The notes: generated from the letters alone by a model not told the origin. 64,000 nucleotides of DNA from an uncultured virus (IMG/VR IMGVR_UViG_3300002835_000038) (IMGVR_UViG_3300002835_000038:1-64000), one strand, 5' to 3'. Shown: positions 15,303-25,752, counted from the stretch's first letter. Numbers and translations are program-made.

Positions 15303-15714
15303 TTTCACTTAATACTAAAAGTATTGTGGCAATAATTAAATTAAACGGTATAAAACAATATCCAATAATCCTTACACCACTTTTAATGAAAGATACTATT
15401 TGATGCCATTTTTGGTTAGGCATTTTATCGATATCAATTTTTTTAAAATCTTCTCTCACATATCTCGGTGGTACATCGATAACTAAATTAGTATCAACTT
15501 CAATTTTCTCACTCTCATTTACTACCCAACCTAATGATTCATCATCTTTTAAATCAGAGGCAATCTCAATATTACTCAATAAAGTATTAACATTTTCATA
15601 ATTACCATAAACAGACATATTTAAAACGTCATTTGGTAAACTTTCAATTAAACGTTTAACATCTTCATTGATGAACTTTAATCTCTGTTGAAATTCTTTC
15701 TTTTTAGTACCCAT
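15274..15714 (-). CDS. Hypothetical membrane protein
   Basis: 146 aa; hydrophobic C-terminus. Confidence 0.7.
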   Translation of the reverse strand: MGTKKKEFQQRLKFINEDVKRLIESLPNDVLNMSVYGNYENVNTLLSNIEIASDLKDDESLGWVVNESEKIEVDTNLVIDVPPRYVREDFKKIDIDKMPNQKWHQIVSFIKSGVRIIGYCFIPFNLIIATILLVLSEIIGILEEMV

Positions 15715-16118
15715 TATATGTTGTTTTTAATTATTTTTTTAATAGTTTCTTTATGCGTATTTATCCTTTCTTCTTCTTTTTGAAGGTACTCTATAAAAGA
15801 TTTAATAATCCAATATATTGTAGATTCATCAGTAACTCTATTACTATCGTTTGGTTCGGATTCAGTATGAATTAAAAATGTGTTTGAATCAATAAAATAT
15901 TTTTCTCTATCTTGTAGATGACACTCTAATACAATAATATCTTTACCTATAACAGTATTGATGTATTGTAAACTAAAAGGTTTTTTATGTCTACTTAAAT
16001 AATCATTTTCCAAAATGTTCTCTTTATCATTAAATGTATTATAGATAGTTAGAATTTTTCGATCTTTGGACATTATTTTTTGATGTAACTCCCAATTTAT
16101 GATTGATAAATTTTCCAT
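15714..16118 (-). CDS. Hypothetical protein
   Basis: 134-aa ORF. Confidence 0.7.
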   Translation of the reverse strand: MENLSIINWELHQKIMSKDRKILTIYNTFNDKENILENDYLSRHKKPFSLQYINTVIGKDIIVLECHLQDREKYFIDSNTFLIHTESEPNDSNRVTDESTIYWIIKSFIEYLQKEEERINTHKETIKKIIKNNI

Positions 16119-16119
16119 A

Positions 16120-16515
16120 TTATTTAAATGGTTTTTTCATTTGTATTTTAAACATCATTTCAGTCACCTCTTCAGGTGACAACCAACCAGCAACATCAAT
16201 ACTATCATCAGGTAAAGGATAACCTACCTCAAAGGTATTTACGCCATCACCATAAAACCCAACACTTCCCCCAATAACAGATACATAATGTCCGTTATCA
16301 AAATTAAGTAGGGCTTGTACCCCTTTGTCGGTATCAAAAAAATTGATTTTGTGTGGATTAAATTTTAAATCTTGAAACGTTTTAAGTTCGTTTGGGTAAA
16401 GATTTTTAATAAAATCTAATTCATAAGACATCTCATTGTAAAGAATATCAAACTTTTCGTAGTTTGGCTTTTCATCTAAATAATCTTTAAGTTTCTTAAT
16501 TAACGTCTCACTCAT
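16120..16515 (-). CDS. Hypothetical protein
   Basis: 131-aa ORF with upstream promoter motif. Confidence 0.75.
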   Translation of the reverse strand: MSETLIKKLKDYLDEKPNYEKFDILYNEMSYELDFIKNLYPNELKTFQDLKFNPHKINFFDTDKGVQALLNFDNGHYVSVIGGSVGFYGDGVNTFEVGYPLPDDSIDVAGWLSPEEVTEMMFKIQMKKPFK

Positions 16516-16564
16516 TTATTATGATTTGTTACAAAGTTAAAATAAAAATATTGAAAAACAAAAT

Positions 16565-17479
16565 TTATTTATTTCTTTCTTCATAAAGTTTTAACATACG
16601 ATTTCTGGCGTAATCGCAGTAGTCCTCAACTAAATCAATACCAATATACTGTCTACCCATTTTAGAAGACGCATATGGTGTGGTACCAGTACCTGAAAAA
16701 TTATCGAGAACAATATCGTTTGGTTCAGAGTATAAGTCAATAAAGTACTTAGCAAATTCAGATGAGAATGTTGCCTCATGACCCTCAACCTTTCCATCAT
16801 TATTTTTTGCCTCAATGAAGTTATAGTAGGTTTTGAAATATCTTTGTCCTGTTTTAGAAATAGACATAACTTTTTTATTTGCATTGAAGTTGGGTGTCTT
16901 AGCGAATATGTACACCATCTCAACAATTCTAGTCATTCTATTTGGGTGACCACTTAATGGTACACAGGATTTCTTTTTCCAAGATGCAGTATCATATATC
17001 TCTAATCCCGTATTTTCAAAAACTTCATTAATCAAAATGTAAGGTAACGAAGGATTAAAGGTGGTATAACTATAATTGAATACAATGACACCATCATCAG
17101 TTAATATTCTCTCATATTGTTTAAATACGTCCACCAACCAACTTAAATACTCCTTAACAGGTTGATTATCTTTAATGACATCTTTTGCACCAGGATATTT
17201 ATGATTATCTTTCCTAATAGACGCTAAGTATGGTGGTGAAGTTAGAATAAGGTTAATTGATTTATCATTAATCAACTTCATAGTCTCAACTGTATCCCCA
17301 CAATATATATCATTTGTAAGTATCCCTACATCTGTAGGACTTGTGGGATCATATATATCTTCTAAGTCATTAAAAACTTCATCATATACCTCAACTTCAG
17401 TACTACCAGTAGTATACTCTTTAACATCGAACAAAACTCCTTGTACGACATCTAATTTTCTTTTTGGTCTTTTTGCCAT
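16565..17479 (-). CDS. DNA methyltransferase, N4-C/N6-A, beta class
   Basis: TSPPY catalytic motif before VLDNFSGTGTT SAM motif. Confidence 0.92.
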   Translation of the reverse strand: MAKRPKRKLDVVQGVLFDVKEYTTGSTEVEVYDEVFNDLEDIYDPTSPTDVGILTNDIYCGDTVETMKLINDKSINLILTSPPYLASIRKDNHKYPGAKDVIKDNQPVKEYLSWLVDVFKQYERILTDDGVIVFNYSYTTFNPSLPYILINEVFENTGLEIYDTASWKKKSCVPLSGHPNRMTRIVEMVYIFAKTPNFNANKKVMSISKTGQRYFKTYYNFIEAKNNDGKVEGHEATFSSEFAKYFIDLYSEPNDIVLDNFSGTGTTPYASSKMGRQYIGIDLVEDYCDYARNRMLKLYEERNK

Positions 17480-17480
17480 A

Positions 17481-18392
17481 TTATAATAAAAATGAATGTT
17501 TAAATAAATCTAACTGTTCACCGAACACAGGTAATATATTTTGGTTTTCTCCGTAGTTCATAACTAACAGTTCTTCCCCCATATTTTGTTTTACACCACT
17601 TTTTGCTGCCGCGGCTTTAGCGAATTCTTTCATTTCCCACACATATTCGTGTTTAGGAAACCAAACCCTTAATAAAGGAAAGTCATAATAACTAAGTGAA
17701 AATTTACCACTAATAGATTTTAATGAATCAGCCAATCTTTCGTGATCATTTCTATCGAAGTCGTGATTAGAATAATAATTTTCTGTTTTCCAATATGGGG
17801 GATCCACATAAAAATATGTTTTCTCAGAATCATATTTTTCTATGACTTCCTGAAAATCCATATTTTCTACAAATGTAATTTTATCAAAATGAGAACGATA
17901 TTTTTTATCCTTCAGTTTATCCATAAAAATTAAAACCTTACATCTATATTTACCTTTATAGTCCATATAGGACGATGTTTCAGGTTTAGAACCTGAGAAT
18001 ATTTGAGTTAATACATATACATATTTTGCCGCAACCTCAAATCTATTATCATCGGTAATTGTAACACCACTATGAAAAACTTCTTTCTGATATTCATTGA
18101 ACATTTCTTCATATGTAGTTGGTGTATCCTCAACACCTAATTGTTGACAGGGGTATTTGGACATTTCGTCCCACATTCTATCATAATCTTTACAACAACT
18201 AAATAAGTTTGCATTAAGTCCGTTAAAATCGTTATACACTACCGTCTTTAAATTAGGGTAATGATTTAAATCCATTTTAAAAAATACCCAAAACATACCA
18301 CTGAATGGTTCAACGTATGTTTCTATATCTCTCGGTATGTACGGAACTATCCATTTAGATATTCTAGCCTTACCACCAATATAACTAATCAT
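17481..18392 (-). CDS. Dam-like (D12 class) DNA adenine methyltransferase
   Basis: YIGGK, YVEPFSG, YNDFN, FYVDPPY motifs. Confidence 0.92.
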   Translation of the reverse strand: MISYIGGKARISKWIVPYIPRDIETYVEPFSGMFWVFFKMDLNHYPNLKTVVYNDFNGLNANLFSCCKDYDRMWDEMSKYPCQQLGVEDTPTTYEEMFNEYQKEVFHSGVTITDDNRFEVAAKYVYVLTQIFSGSKPETSSYMDYKGKYRCKVLIFMDKLKDKKYRSHFDKITFVENMDFQEVIEKYDSEKTYFYVDPPYWKTENYYSNHDFDRNDHERLADSLKSISGKFSLSYYDFPLLRVWFPKHEYVWEMKEFAKAAAAKSGVKQNMGEELLVMNYGENQNILPVFGEQLDLFKHSFLL

Positions 18393-18436
18393 CTATTTTT
18401 TCTTTAATAATAATTATTTTTTTTTGAATTGTCAAC

Positions 18437-19024
18437 TCACCCTTTAAGTTTAACTATAATACTTATTCTATGATAATTATCGAATATAGTCCCATATTCA
18501 CCTTTATTTATTACCCATTTATATTCTAACATATCATTTGGGATTGCACCGTCTTTAGTAAATAACCCACAATTGGATTTACATATATTCTCTAAAATCT
18601 TTTTATTGTATTTCTTCCACCATTTAGAGTTAAAAATACTAACAATAAAATTATTATATTCTTCTGAGCCATTAAAATTGTCAAAAAAAGAATTTCCTTT
18701 ACCCCACTTACTTCTAGTTGGGGATACTTTTATAATAGGTTCAGAATAAAGTCTAAATTTTTTCAAATCTTTTTTAGAATATTTCTTTATTTCATAAAGA
18801 TTACCCTCTTTATCTTTAGCGTCTGCCTTTATGAATCTTGACTCTTCCATAATTGGTTTAAAGAGTTCAGGATCTTTATTTAGACTTAATATCTTTTCCA
18901 CATTGTTTCTTCCGTTACCAGTCCATTTTATGCGGGGAGATTTTATATACCTATCGAAATTGTATTTTTTTCGTACTTCCTTTTCAAAACTATAGCCCGC
19001 ATTAACTCGTATGCGTCCATTCAT
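18437..19024 (-). CDS. Hypothetical protein, possible PD-(D/E)XK endonuclease
   Basis: GYSFE...KADAK..LYEIKK pattern; directly upstream of two MTases. Confidence 0.45.
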   Translation of the reverse strand: MNGRIRVNAGYSFEKEVRKKYNFDRYIKSPRIKWTGNGRNNVEKILSLNKDPELFKPIMEESRFIKADAKDKEGNLYEIKKYSKKDLKKFRLYSEPIIKVSPTRSKWGKGNSFFDNFNGSEEYNNFIVSIFNSKWWKKYNKKILENICKSNCGLFTKDGAIPNDMLEYKWVINKGEYGTIFDNYHRISIIVKLKG

Positions 19025-19043
19025 AACTATTGTTTTAGAAATT

Positions 19044-19067
19044 AAGGGGTATCAGCTGATACCCCTT
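19044..19067. terminator. Hairpin, possible terminator
   Basis: Palindrome AAGGGGTATCAGCTGATACCCCTT. Confidence 0.55.
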
Positions 19068-19078
19068 TTAATTTAAGA

Positions 19079-19270
19079 TTAAGAATTCATCGATAAGGAT
19101 TGTGACCTCATCTGTTCTTTAATCTGTTCTACCTTACTCAGAAGAAAAGTTTTATCTTCTTCTGAAAGTTCATTAGTTTCTGACCATTTCATTCCTAAAA
19201 CACTCATCAACTCCCAATTCTTTTCTTGTTCAGTTAGGTTTGGGTCCGTTGCGTTTTTGTTAATACTCAT
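19079..19270 (-). CDS. Hypothetical protein
   Basis: 63-aa ORF. Confidence 0.6.
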   Translation of the reverse strand: MSINKNATDPNLTEQEKNWELMSVLGMKWSETNELSEEDKTFLLSKVEQIKEQMRSQSLSMNS

Positions 19271-19273
19271 ATT

Positions 19274-19699
19274 TTATTTTTTTGAATCTTCTTCTATTTG
19301 TTTTTGCTCTAATAGAGTTATTATACTTTCTTTGATAGAAAGGTATGTGTCGATGTCAAAGTTTCTTAAAACCCCACTAAACGTAGTGATATCGTGTGAC
19401 ACAATGCTGATTTTGTCTTTTTCCATATCATAAACAATTTGTGCTAACAAATCCCTCACAACATATTCTTTTTGTTTGTCATCTAACTGATCGAAAATCG
19501 GTTCATTGACTTGAATCACTACATCGTAATCCGTCATAAACTTAACAATGTCATTAGTTTTAGAAACTTTACCAAACTCCTTCTTAATTGCATCGTTAGA
19601 TAAAATTTTAATTTTCACCATTCTAGGAATAGATGTCTGATCAATGTGTTTTTGAAATAACGATAATGTGTCTTCGTAAACTTCTTCAAATTTTGCCAT
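19274..19699 (-). CDS. Hypothetical protein (phage metallopeptidase-like fold, no intact HEXXH)
   Basis: GKVSK..YDVVIQVN..FDQL..HD pattern. Confidence 0.5.
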   Translation of the reverse strand: MAKFEEVYEDTLSLFQKHIDQTSIPRMVKIKILSNDAIKKEFGKVSKTNDIVKFMTDYDVVIQVNEPIFDQLDDKQKEYVVRDLLAQIVYDMEKDKISIVSHDITTFSGVLRNFDIDTYLSIKESIITLLEQKQIEEDSKK

Positions 19700-19753
19700 A
19701 AATTATAATTTTTTAATATTAATGTTTAATGATAGGTATTATTTTTACAAAAA

Positions 19754-20746
19754 TCAAATTTTTAAGTCTTTTATTTTTTCTTTTTCCTCCTCACTAATAT
19801 TTTCTGGTATATCTAACCAAATCTCAATTAACATATCACCCTTTTCATTTTTTCTAAACAATCCTCTATTTGGTATTCTTAACATACTCCCTACTTTAGT
19901 ACCTTCTTTTATTTTAAATTTTATTTTACCTTCTAAAGTATCTACTTGAACATCATCATTACCTATTACTAAATCTTTATATGGTAGGTTAATTCTTTGG
20001 TGTATGTCATTTCCAACCCTTCTATATTTTTCATGAGGTACCTCAACTATATTTAATATTAAATCACCGTCCATACCTTTTCTGATAGAATTACCCATAC
20101 CATTAACTTTGAATGATTCACCATCCATAATACCCTTTGGTATATCGAATTCGAATTCTACTTCACCCGTATTAGTACCCACACCAAAACAGGTTTCACA
20201 TTTTTTAATTATGACTTCACCCGAACCCGAACAATTCAGACAACTAGTCGCATTAGACATTCTACCGAATGGTGTATCCTGTACCTGAGTTACCACACCT
20301 GTACCCCCACATACGTTACACTGAGTTGACTCCCCTCCAGTATTATTACAGGTGTTACATTTATTTGATTTACGGTATTTTATTTTTTTGTGAGTACCCT
20401 CAAATATTTCTTCCAAACTTACTTTTACATTTACTCTAATATCTGCACCTTTTCTTCTCCTATTTTGATTCCCAAAGAAGGATGAAAACATATCATTCAT
20501 ATTCATACCACCAAAAGGGTTAGTTTTACCATCTGCAGTCCCAAACCTATCATAGTTTGTCTTTTTTTCTTTGTCAGACAGTATTGAGTATGCTTCCGCA
20601 ATGTCTTTAAATTTTTCTTCAGCCTCTTTATTGTTAGGATTAAGGTCAGGATGATACTGTTTAGACAGTCTTCTATACGATTTTTTTATATCGTTTTCTG
20701 TAGCGTTTCTCTCTACCTCTAATATTTTATAATAATCTTTATTCAT
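19754..20746 (-). CDS. dnaJ: DnaJ chaperone
   Basis: J-domain with HPD; four CxxCxGxG-type zinc repeats; C-terminal domain. Confidence 0.95.
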   Translation of the reverse strand: MNKDYYKILEVERNATENDIKKSYRRLSKQYHPDLNPNNKEAEEKFKDIAEAYSILSDKEKKTNYDRFGTADGKTNPFGGMNMNDMFSSFFGNQNRRRKGADIRVNVKVSLEEIFEGTHKKIKYRKSNKCNTCNNTGGESTQCNVCGGTGVVTQVQDTPFGRMSNATSCLNCSGSGEVIIKKCETCFGVGTNTGEVEFEFDIPKGIMDGESFKVNGMGNSIRKGMDGDLILNIVEVPHEKYRRVGNDIHQRINLPYKDLVIGNDDVQVDTLEGKIKFKIKEGTKVGSMLRIPNRGLFRKNEKGDMLIEIWLDIPENISEEEKEKIKDLKI

Positions 20747-20799
20747 TACTTCTATTTATATATTACAAATAATAAGTATTTTTTATAAAAAATAAAGAT

Positions 20800-21450
20800 A
20801 TGCGTTACAGAATTATTATCACCCAAAATGGTAAAAAGAAAAAAATACTATATGAGGGTAATAGTGAAGATATCGGAAAACAAAACTATTTCAAAATTAG
20901 GGATAACAATAAAGTATTATTCCCTAAAAAAAGTAATGCATATAAGAAAATAAAATCTGTAACATATGAAATTCTTTTCTTAAAAGAAAAAGAAGAAAGA
21001 GATACTGATTATTTTGAAAGAGATGATTTAGGTAGAGTCATACCTATATCTATAAAAAGTGATAGATGGACTATAGTACACAAAGATGAATATTTTTACG
21101 AAGAAAAATTTACTGTTTTTGGTTTTAATTATAGAATGGAAACCAAAGAAATAATTAAAAAGATTCTTTTGAAGAAGTCTAAGGATGATAATATTAAAAT
21201 GATAAATTATGTCACCAATAAAGTTTTAATACATCAGAATGGTGACTTTGATATTATAACCTGTAAAAATACTAATGACTCAAAAAGGTTATACTTAACT
21301 ATTAAGGAATTTTGTGATCATAACAAAATTAGTAATGTTGTCTTTACTGGTTTGGTTGGTATTAAAAGTAGAGTTAAATTATACAAAAGAATTTCAGAAA
21401 AGACTGGGTGGAGTATGAATAAGACTTATCGTACATCCACCCGTCCTTAA
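20800..21450 (+). CDS. Hypothetical protein
   Basis: 216-aa basic ORF. Confidence 0.75.
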   Translation: MRYRIIITQNGKKKKILYEGNSEDIGKQNYFKIRDNNKVLFPKKSNAYKKIKSVTYEILFLKEKEERDTDYFERDDLGRVIPISIKSDRWTIVHKDEYFYEEKFTVFGFNYRMETKEIIKKILLKKSKDDNIKMINYVTNKVLIHQNGDFDIITCKNTNDSKRLYLTIKEFCDHNKISNVVFTGLVGIKSRVKLYKRISEKTGWSMNKTYRTSTRP

Positions 21451-21924
21451 TTACTCAACCCCTACTTGAAATTTGTTTTCTAAATCAGATATTAAATCAT
21501 TTAATTTTTGAATATCGTCAGATTCGTCAATGTAGACTGGATTAATACATTTAATCTCTTCTTTTCCTTCTGTTGGCATAAAGAATAATCTAACGTCATC
21601 ACCTCTATTTTCTAAGTATTCTTTAACATTTTCACCGTAAATTCTAATCATATCTGTATTAGTGAATAATGATTTTTCTAAATAAAATACTAAAATTAAT
21701 GGTGTGTAATCCCTATTTTCTGATCTAAATTTTTCTAATGAAACGTACTCAACATCATCAGTTGTGATATCATATTTTTGACTGAACTCATTCTCTTTTG
21801 ACGTTCTTTCTTCTTCACCTATAGCATCAACACACTCAATAGGATTATTATTATCATCAACTAAATAAACTAAATAATGTCTAACACCTTTCTCTAAACG
21901 ATTATTTTTAGTAATTATCTTCAT
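21451..21924 (-). CDS. Hypothetical protein
   Basis: 157-aa ORF. Confidence 0.75.
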   Translation of the reverse strand: MKIITKNNRLEKGVRHYLVYLVDDNNNPIECVDAIGEEERTSKENEFSQKYDITTDDVEYVSLEKFRSENRDYTPLILVFYLEKSLFTNTDMIRIYGENVKEYLENRGDDVRLFFMPTEGKEEIKCINPVYIDESDDIQKLNDLISDLENKFQVGVE

Positions 21925-21998
21925 AACTTTTTATATTACCTTTTGTTATTATTTAACAATGTTAATGAAAATATAATTAACTGTAAATGTTATAAAAC

Positions 21999-22027
21999 AA
22001 AAAAGGGAAGATTTCTCTTCCCTCTTT
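21999..22027 (-). terminator. Intrinsic terminator ending the TROVE-ncRNA transcript
   Basis: AGGGAAGA/TCTTCCCT stem followed by T-tract on minus strand. Confidence 0.75.
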
Positions 22028-22033
22028 AATTTC

Positions 22034-22313
22034 GGTGTCGGAATGGTGATCCTCTTTTATTTTCGGTGGTAGACTAACCACCCCTACATTATTACCCGTT
22101 TTGGTTCGGATGTCTTTTTTTTAATTGAGACAAACTCAACTATCTTTTTCACATGAGATAAACAAGAGGTATGTTTTACGACCTAGAGTGTGGGTCAACC
22201 CCACTTTAACTCACCTATGGTCGCCACTTTATACTTTAATCTGAAGTAAAGTGGTAAAACCCCGTCTGATCAACTTGTTTTTTTGTAGTTTTTAAAGTTG
22301 CAGAAACCATTCG
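22034..22313 (-). ncRNA. Candidate Y-like RNA, copy B (~280 nt)
   Basis: 5' CGAATGGT-TTCTGCAA..AAAAACTAC pairs with 3' ACCATTCCGA; several internal hairpins; no ORF. Confidence 0.55.
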
Positions 22314-22368
22314 TTTATTGGACTTAAAGGGAGTACGTTAACCCCCAATCCTTTACACCTAATGACAT

Positions 22369-22530
22369 TGTGGTATCGGAATCGTCTGACACTTTTACAT
22401 AACCTTGAGTGGTCCCTCCGCTTTCACGGTTTACACCCTTATAGTTATGTGGGTTATCAAAGCCCTCTTCCTGATTGTAGCTTAATTTATAGGTTTAAAA
22501 TTTTGCTGCAATGATTCGTTAACTACCACA
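22369..22530 (-). ncRNA. Candidate Y-like RNA, copy C (~160 nt)
   Basis: TGTGGTA/TACCACA outer stem; CGAATCAT-TGCAGCAA pairs with ACGATTCCGA. Confidence 0.55.
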
Positions 22531-22537
22531 AATATCT

Positions 22538-22546
22538 TCAAAGAAC
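22538..22546 (-). promoter_or_regulatory. boxA-like motif GTTCTTTGA
   Basis: Between the TROVE stop codon and the ncRNAs. Confidence 0.55.
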
Positions 22547-22549
22547 GTT

Positions 22550-23971
22550 TTATATAGTAACTAAACTATATCTAATATCATTAATAGTCTCCATCAGTAT
22601 TGATTCTGGTGTCATATTCTTTCCACCTAATATAGATTTAAGAATTGACGGACTGAATCCCGATACTAACGCAGTACCATTTTTATCAAACTCAACTGGG
22701 AAATTCCCACCTTTAGCATTTAAATTCCAGTAAATGATATCAGGAATTTTATATCCCGCTTCATTATACATTTCCTCAATCATAGATTGTGCTCCCAAAC
22801 TATCTCTTCTGTTAGCCTGATTGAATTGCATATCTGACAAAATTAATATCTTAGTCGGCATAAATTCCTCCGTAATATTATTATTTTTTGCCTGTGTTAA
22901 AATTAGGTTAAACACTTTTTCTAAATTAGTGCTCATACCCCAATCAGCGTTTCTCAACTGTGATAGTCTTTGTTTTAGACTACCTCTTAGGTATTGTAAT
23001 TCAGGATCTTCAGAGAATGTAATGAACGCATCTTTAAAGTTACCTGAATTTCTTTCTGAAATATACATACCTAACGATATTGCAATATCCATACAAGTTA
23101 GGTTAGGATTCCCTCCCACCTCACAAGCCATAGATCCTGAAACATCTACAACTGGTAAAATTCTTTCTTCAGAACCTTCCATCCAATTAGGTAGTGACTC
23201 CCATTGTTTATCATTAACAACATCATCACCACCCATATTCATAGATTTTATGATATCATATGGGTATACTGCACCAGCATTAACTTTCGCAGTTCCATCA
23301 ACTAAGGCAGTTTTATATTCCTCATACCTTGTCGAATCGTTTCTTTTGAATGACTTCTGATACCTTGATGATGCGAGAGAAGGAAGTTTAGAATAATCAA
23401 TTGCCTCCCAATCTCTAGCACACATCTTAGTCTCCACAACGTTAGTTAGTTCCACTAACATCTTTCGATATTGTTTCGGTGTAAACTTAAACAATTTTCT
23501 AAGTCCGTTAGCGATAATACCTTTTCTCGGCATCCATTTAGCACATAGACCGTCTCCGTTTGTTAAAGCCGTTCTAATAAGTGAATACATATCGTCCTCT
23601 AACTCTGTACCAAATAAAACTAAAACATCATCCCATCTACCAAATTCTGGTATCAAAGCAATGTTCTTTCTAACAGTTTGTGGTGAGTTGGTGGTTAGGT
23701 GTGAAATAACGTCTCTAAAGACTTTTCTTTCTCCTGACCCACCTCTAACGTCTCTAGCCCAAAATAAGACTTTAGACGCCACCAAAGGATTTTCATTAAA
23801 GGCTTCTTCGAAAACTTTAACTACTTTATCTTTTGATTTCCCTCTCATCGATCCGATAGAGAAAAACAAATCAACACATTTATTCAATGTGGTGTTGTTT
23901 GTAACCATACCATTATCAGTTAATGTTACGTTACTTTTATTTTCTACCAAAATTGTTTGAGAGTCGCTCAT
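22550..23971 (-). CDS. Ro60/TROVE-like protein with vWA domain (DUF2828 family)
   Basis: ARDVRGGSGERKVF, FGRWDD, AKWMPR, VVDVSGSM (MIDAS), ILSDMQF, VSGFSP motifs. Confidence 0.88.
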   Translation of the reverse strand: MSDSQTILVENKSNVTLTDNGMVTNNTTLNKCVDLFFSIGSMRGKSKDKVVKVFEEAFNENPLVASKVLFWARDVRGGSGERKVFRDVISHLTTNSPQTVRKNIALIPEFGRWDDVLVLFGTELEDDMYSLIRTALTNGDGLCAKWMPRKGIIANGLRKLFKFTPKQYRKMLVELTNVVETKMCARDWEAIDYSKLPSLASSRYQKSFKRNDSTRYEEYKTALVDGTAKVNAGAVYPYDIIKSMNMGGDDVVNDKQWESLPNWMEGSEERILPVVDVSGSMACEVGGNPNLTCMDIAISLGMYISERNSGNFKDAFITFSEDPELQYLRGSLKQRLSQLRNADWGMSTNLEKVFNLILTQAKNNNITEEFMPTKILILSDMQFNQANRRDSLGAQSMIEEMYNEAGYKIPDIIYWNLNAKGGNFPVEFDKNGTALVSGFSPSILKSILGGKNMTPESILMETINDIRYSLVTI

Positions 23972-24052
23972 AATAAAACTTTTTTAATTTCTGAATACAA
24001 ATATAGTTACAATTTTCTTAAAAGTCAAATATTTTAGAAAAAAAATATTTTT

Positions 24053-24688
24053 TTAATTATCAAACCAAAAAACTAATCTTACATCTTTAGGGTTACCTAT
24101 ATCTAACAATGCATCCACAACATCTCTGAAAAAGTAAGTACCCACACCAACTTCATGTAAGTCACTGTCAGACATCTTATAGTAAGAACTATTCATTATC
24201 TCATCTAAATAAAGATAGTTCGCAGAATGTGCGTCCATACCCCATTCATCAAATATATTACATAGTTCATCAGAAACATCGTCAGGTAAACCCCTATCCA
24301 TATCCGCAATTAATTCCATAGATCCGTCTCTAACACCTGCAAGTGCCCCAAATAAACTATAATTTCTTCCACCATATGGTTGATCTGTATATGGGTATGG
24401 GAATTTACTTTCATCTTTCCAGTATGGGAAATTTGGGTCGTCCGTAATAGACGGTTTCAAAAATTTATTCATTATATAATCCTCTATTTTGTTTTTAGGA
24501 TTATTTTTACCACTCAAATATCTATAGATAATATCTGTCGCTTCTTTATCTGTTAAACCAAAATTATGTGTTATTTTATCTCTCATAACGTCTATCGCGT
24601 ATGAGTTATAAAACTTATCACTTACTTTTTCCCACTTTCTATTTTTAGGATTAAATTTTTCTGCGTACATATGAACATCACATCCCAT
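24053..24688 (-). CDS. Conserved phage hypothetical protein
   Basis: MGCDVH..RNYSLFGALAGVR..RLVFWFDN family pattern. Confidence 0.8.
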   Translation of the reverse strand: MGCDVHMYAEKFNPKNRKWEKVSDKFYNSYAIDVMRDKITHNFGLTDKEATDIIYRYLSGKNNPKNKIEDYIMNKFLKPSITDDPNFPYWKDESKFPYPYTDQPYGGRNYSLFGALAGVRDGSMELIADMDRGLPDDVSDELCNIFDEWGMDAHSANYLYLDEIMNSSYYKMSDSDLHEVGVGTYFFRDVVDALLDIGNPKDVRLVFWFDN

Positions 24689-24738
24689 ATTCTTTTTTTT
24701 TACAAATATATTATTTTATTTATAAATATACAAATTTT

Positions 24739-25752
24739 TTACTTATATCTTGTTTTCAGATACTCCAAATTACTTTTGAGTACATCTTTTCCGAAAAATC
24801 TTTCTTTGAAATCGTCTTCTCTATAATATAAGTTAATACCATTTAAATCTTTGGATTGTCCGACAAATATATCAATATATCTGTATTGTCTTTTAGTGGA
24901 ACTTAATAACGCCGCCTTAGATTTACTCTTTACCTGTACTAAAGATATTTCACCTTCTTTTTCTACAATGAAATCTATACCATACATCATATCAATAAAG
25001 TTACCATTTTGTCCCTCAAATATAATACTAAAACCATCTTTAATTAACAAGTCCTTAGTTAAAGATTCTACAAAGTCACCAACTTTAGTATTGTTTCTGG
25101 TATTATATGTAAAATCTTTATACTCATCGATAGTAAAATATTTCTTTAATAACTTATAGATACTATCACCTTTCTTAAGTGTTAGTAAATAATTTTTAAT
25201 TTCAGTTACATTAAGTTTAGATAACATTTCTATTTGTCCACCTTTCAGAAACAAAGTGGTTAGTAGTTCAGAAATGTCACTGTAGTTGGAGTTCAGTTTA
25301 TTGACATAATCCCATTCTCCGTTTTCATCCTTTACTAAACAACAGTTTTTCAATTTGTCACTGAAGTATGTACCATCGGTTTTTTTGATGATGTCTTCTA
25401 TCTTTTTAGTTTTATATAAATAGGATAGTGGTTCTTGATAGGCAGGATTTAAATCCTCACATTCTCGAATCTCATCTAAGATTTTGTTAATAACATCTTT
25501 CATGTTTAACCCATCTCTTTCACACACCCAAGAACCTAATTTTTTAATGTTATCACATACTAGTTTTTCATTACCATAGAATCTACCACAACAGTAATAA
25601 TCAATTAACCTCTCTTCTAGTATTGTGTCAGCAACCTTACGTTCTTTTTCTTCGAATTCGACACTAGGGTGACTTAACCCATTATCAAAAACTTCTTTTT
25701 CATCATTTAAGATGAAATCAATAAAATCATTATGTATATCTTTATTTTCCAT
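24739..25752 (-). CDS. Hypothetical protein with C-terminal PD-(D/E)XK-like motif
   Basis: GDFVE..IDMMYGIDF..LVQVKS. Confidence 0.55.
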   Translation of the reverse strand: MENKDIHNDFIDFILNDEKEVFDNGLSHPSVEFEEKERKVADTILEERLIDYYCCGRFYGNEKLVCDNIKKLGSWVCERDGLNMKDVINKILDEIRECEDLNPAYQEPLSYLYKTKKIEDIIKKTDGTYFSDKLKNCCLVKDENGEWDYVNKLNSNYSDISELLTTLFLKGGQIEMLSKLNVTEIKNYLLTLKKGDSIYKLLKKYFTIDEYKDFTYNTRNNTKVGDFVESLTKDLLIKDGFSIIFEGQNGNFIDMMYGIDFIVEKEGEISLVQVKSKSKAALLSSTKRQYRYIDIFVGQSKDLNGINLYYREDDFKERFFGKDVLKSNLEYLKTRYK

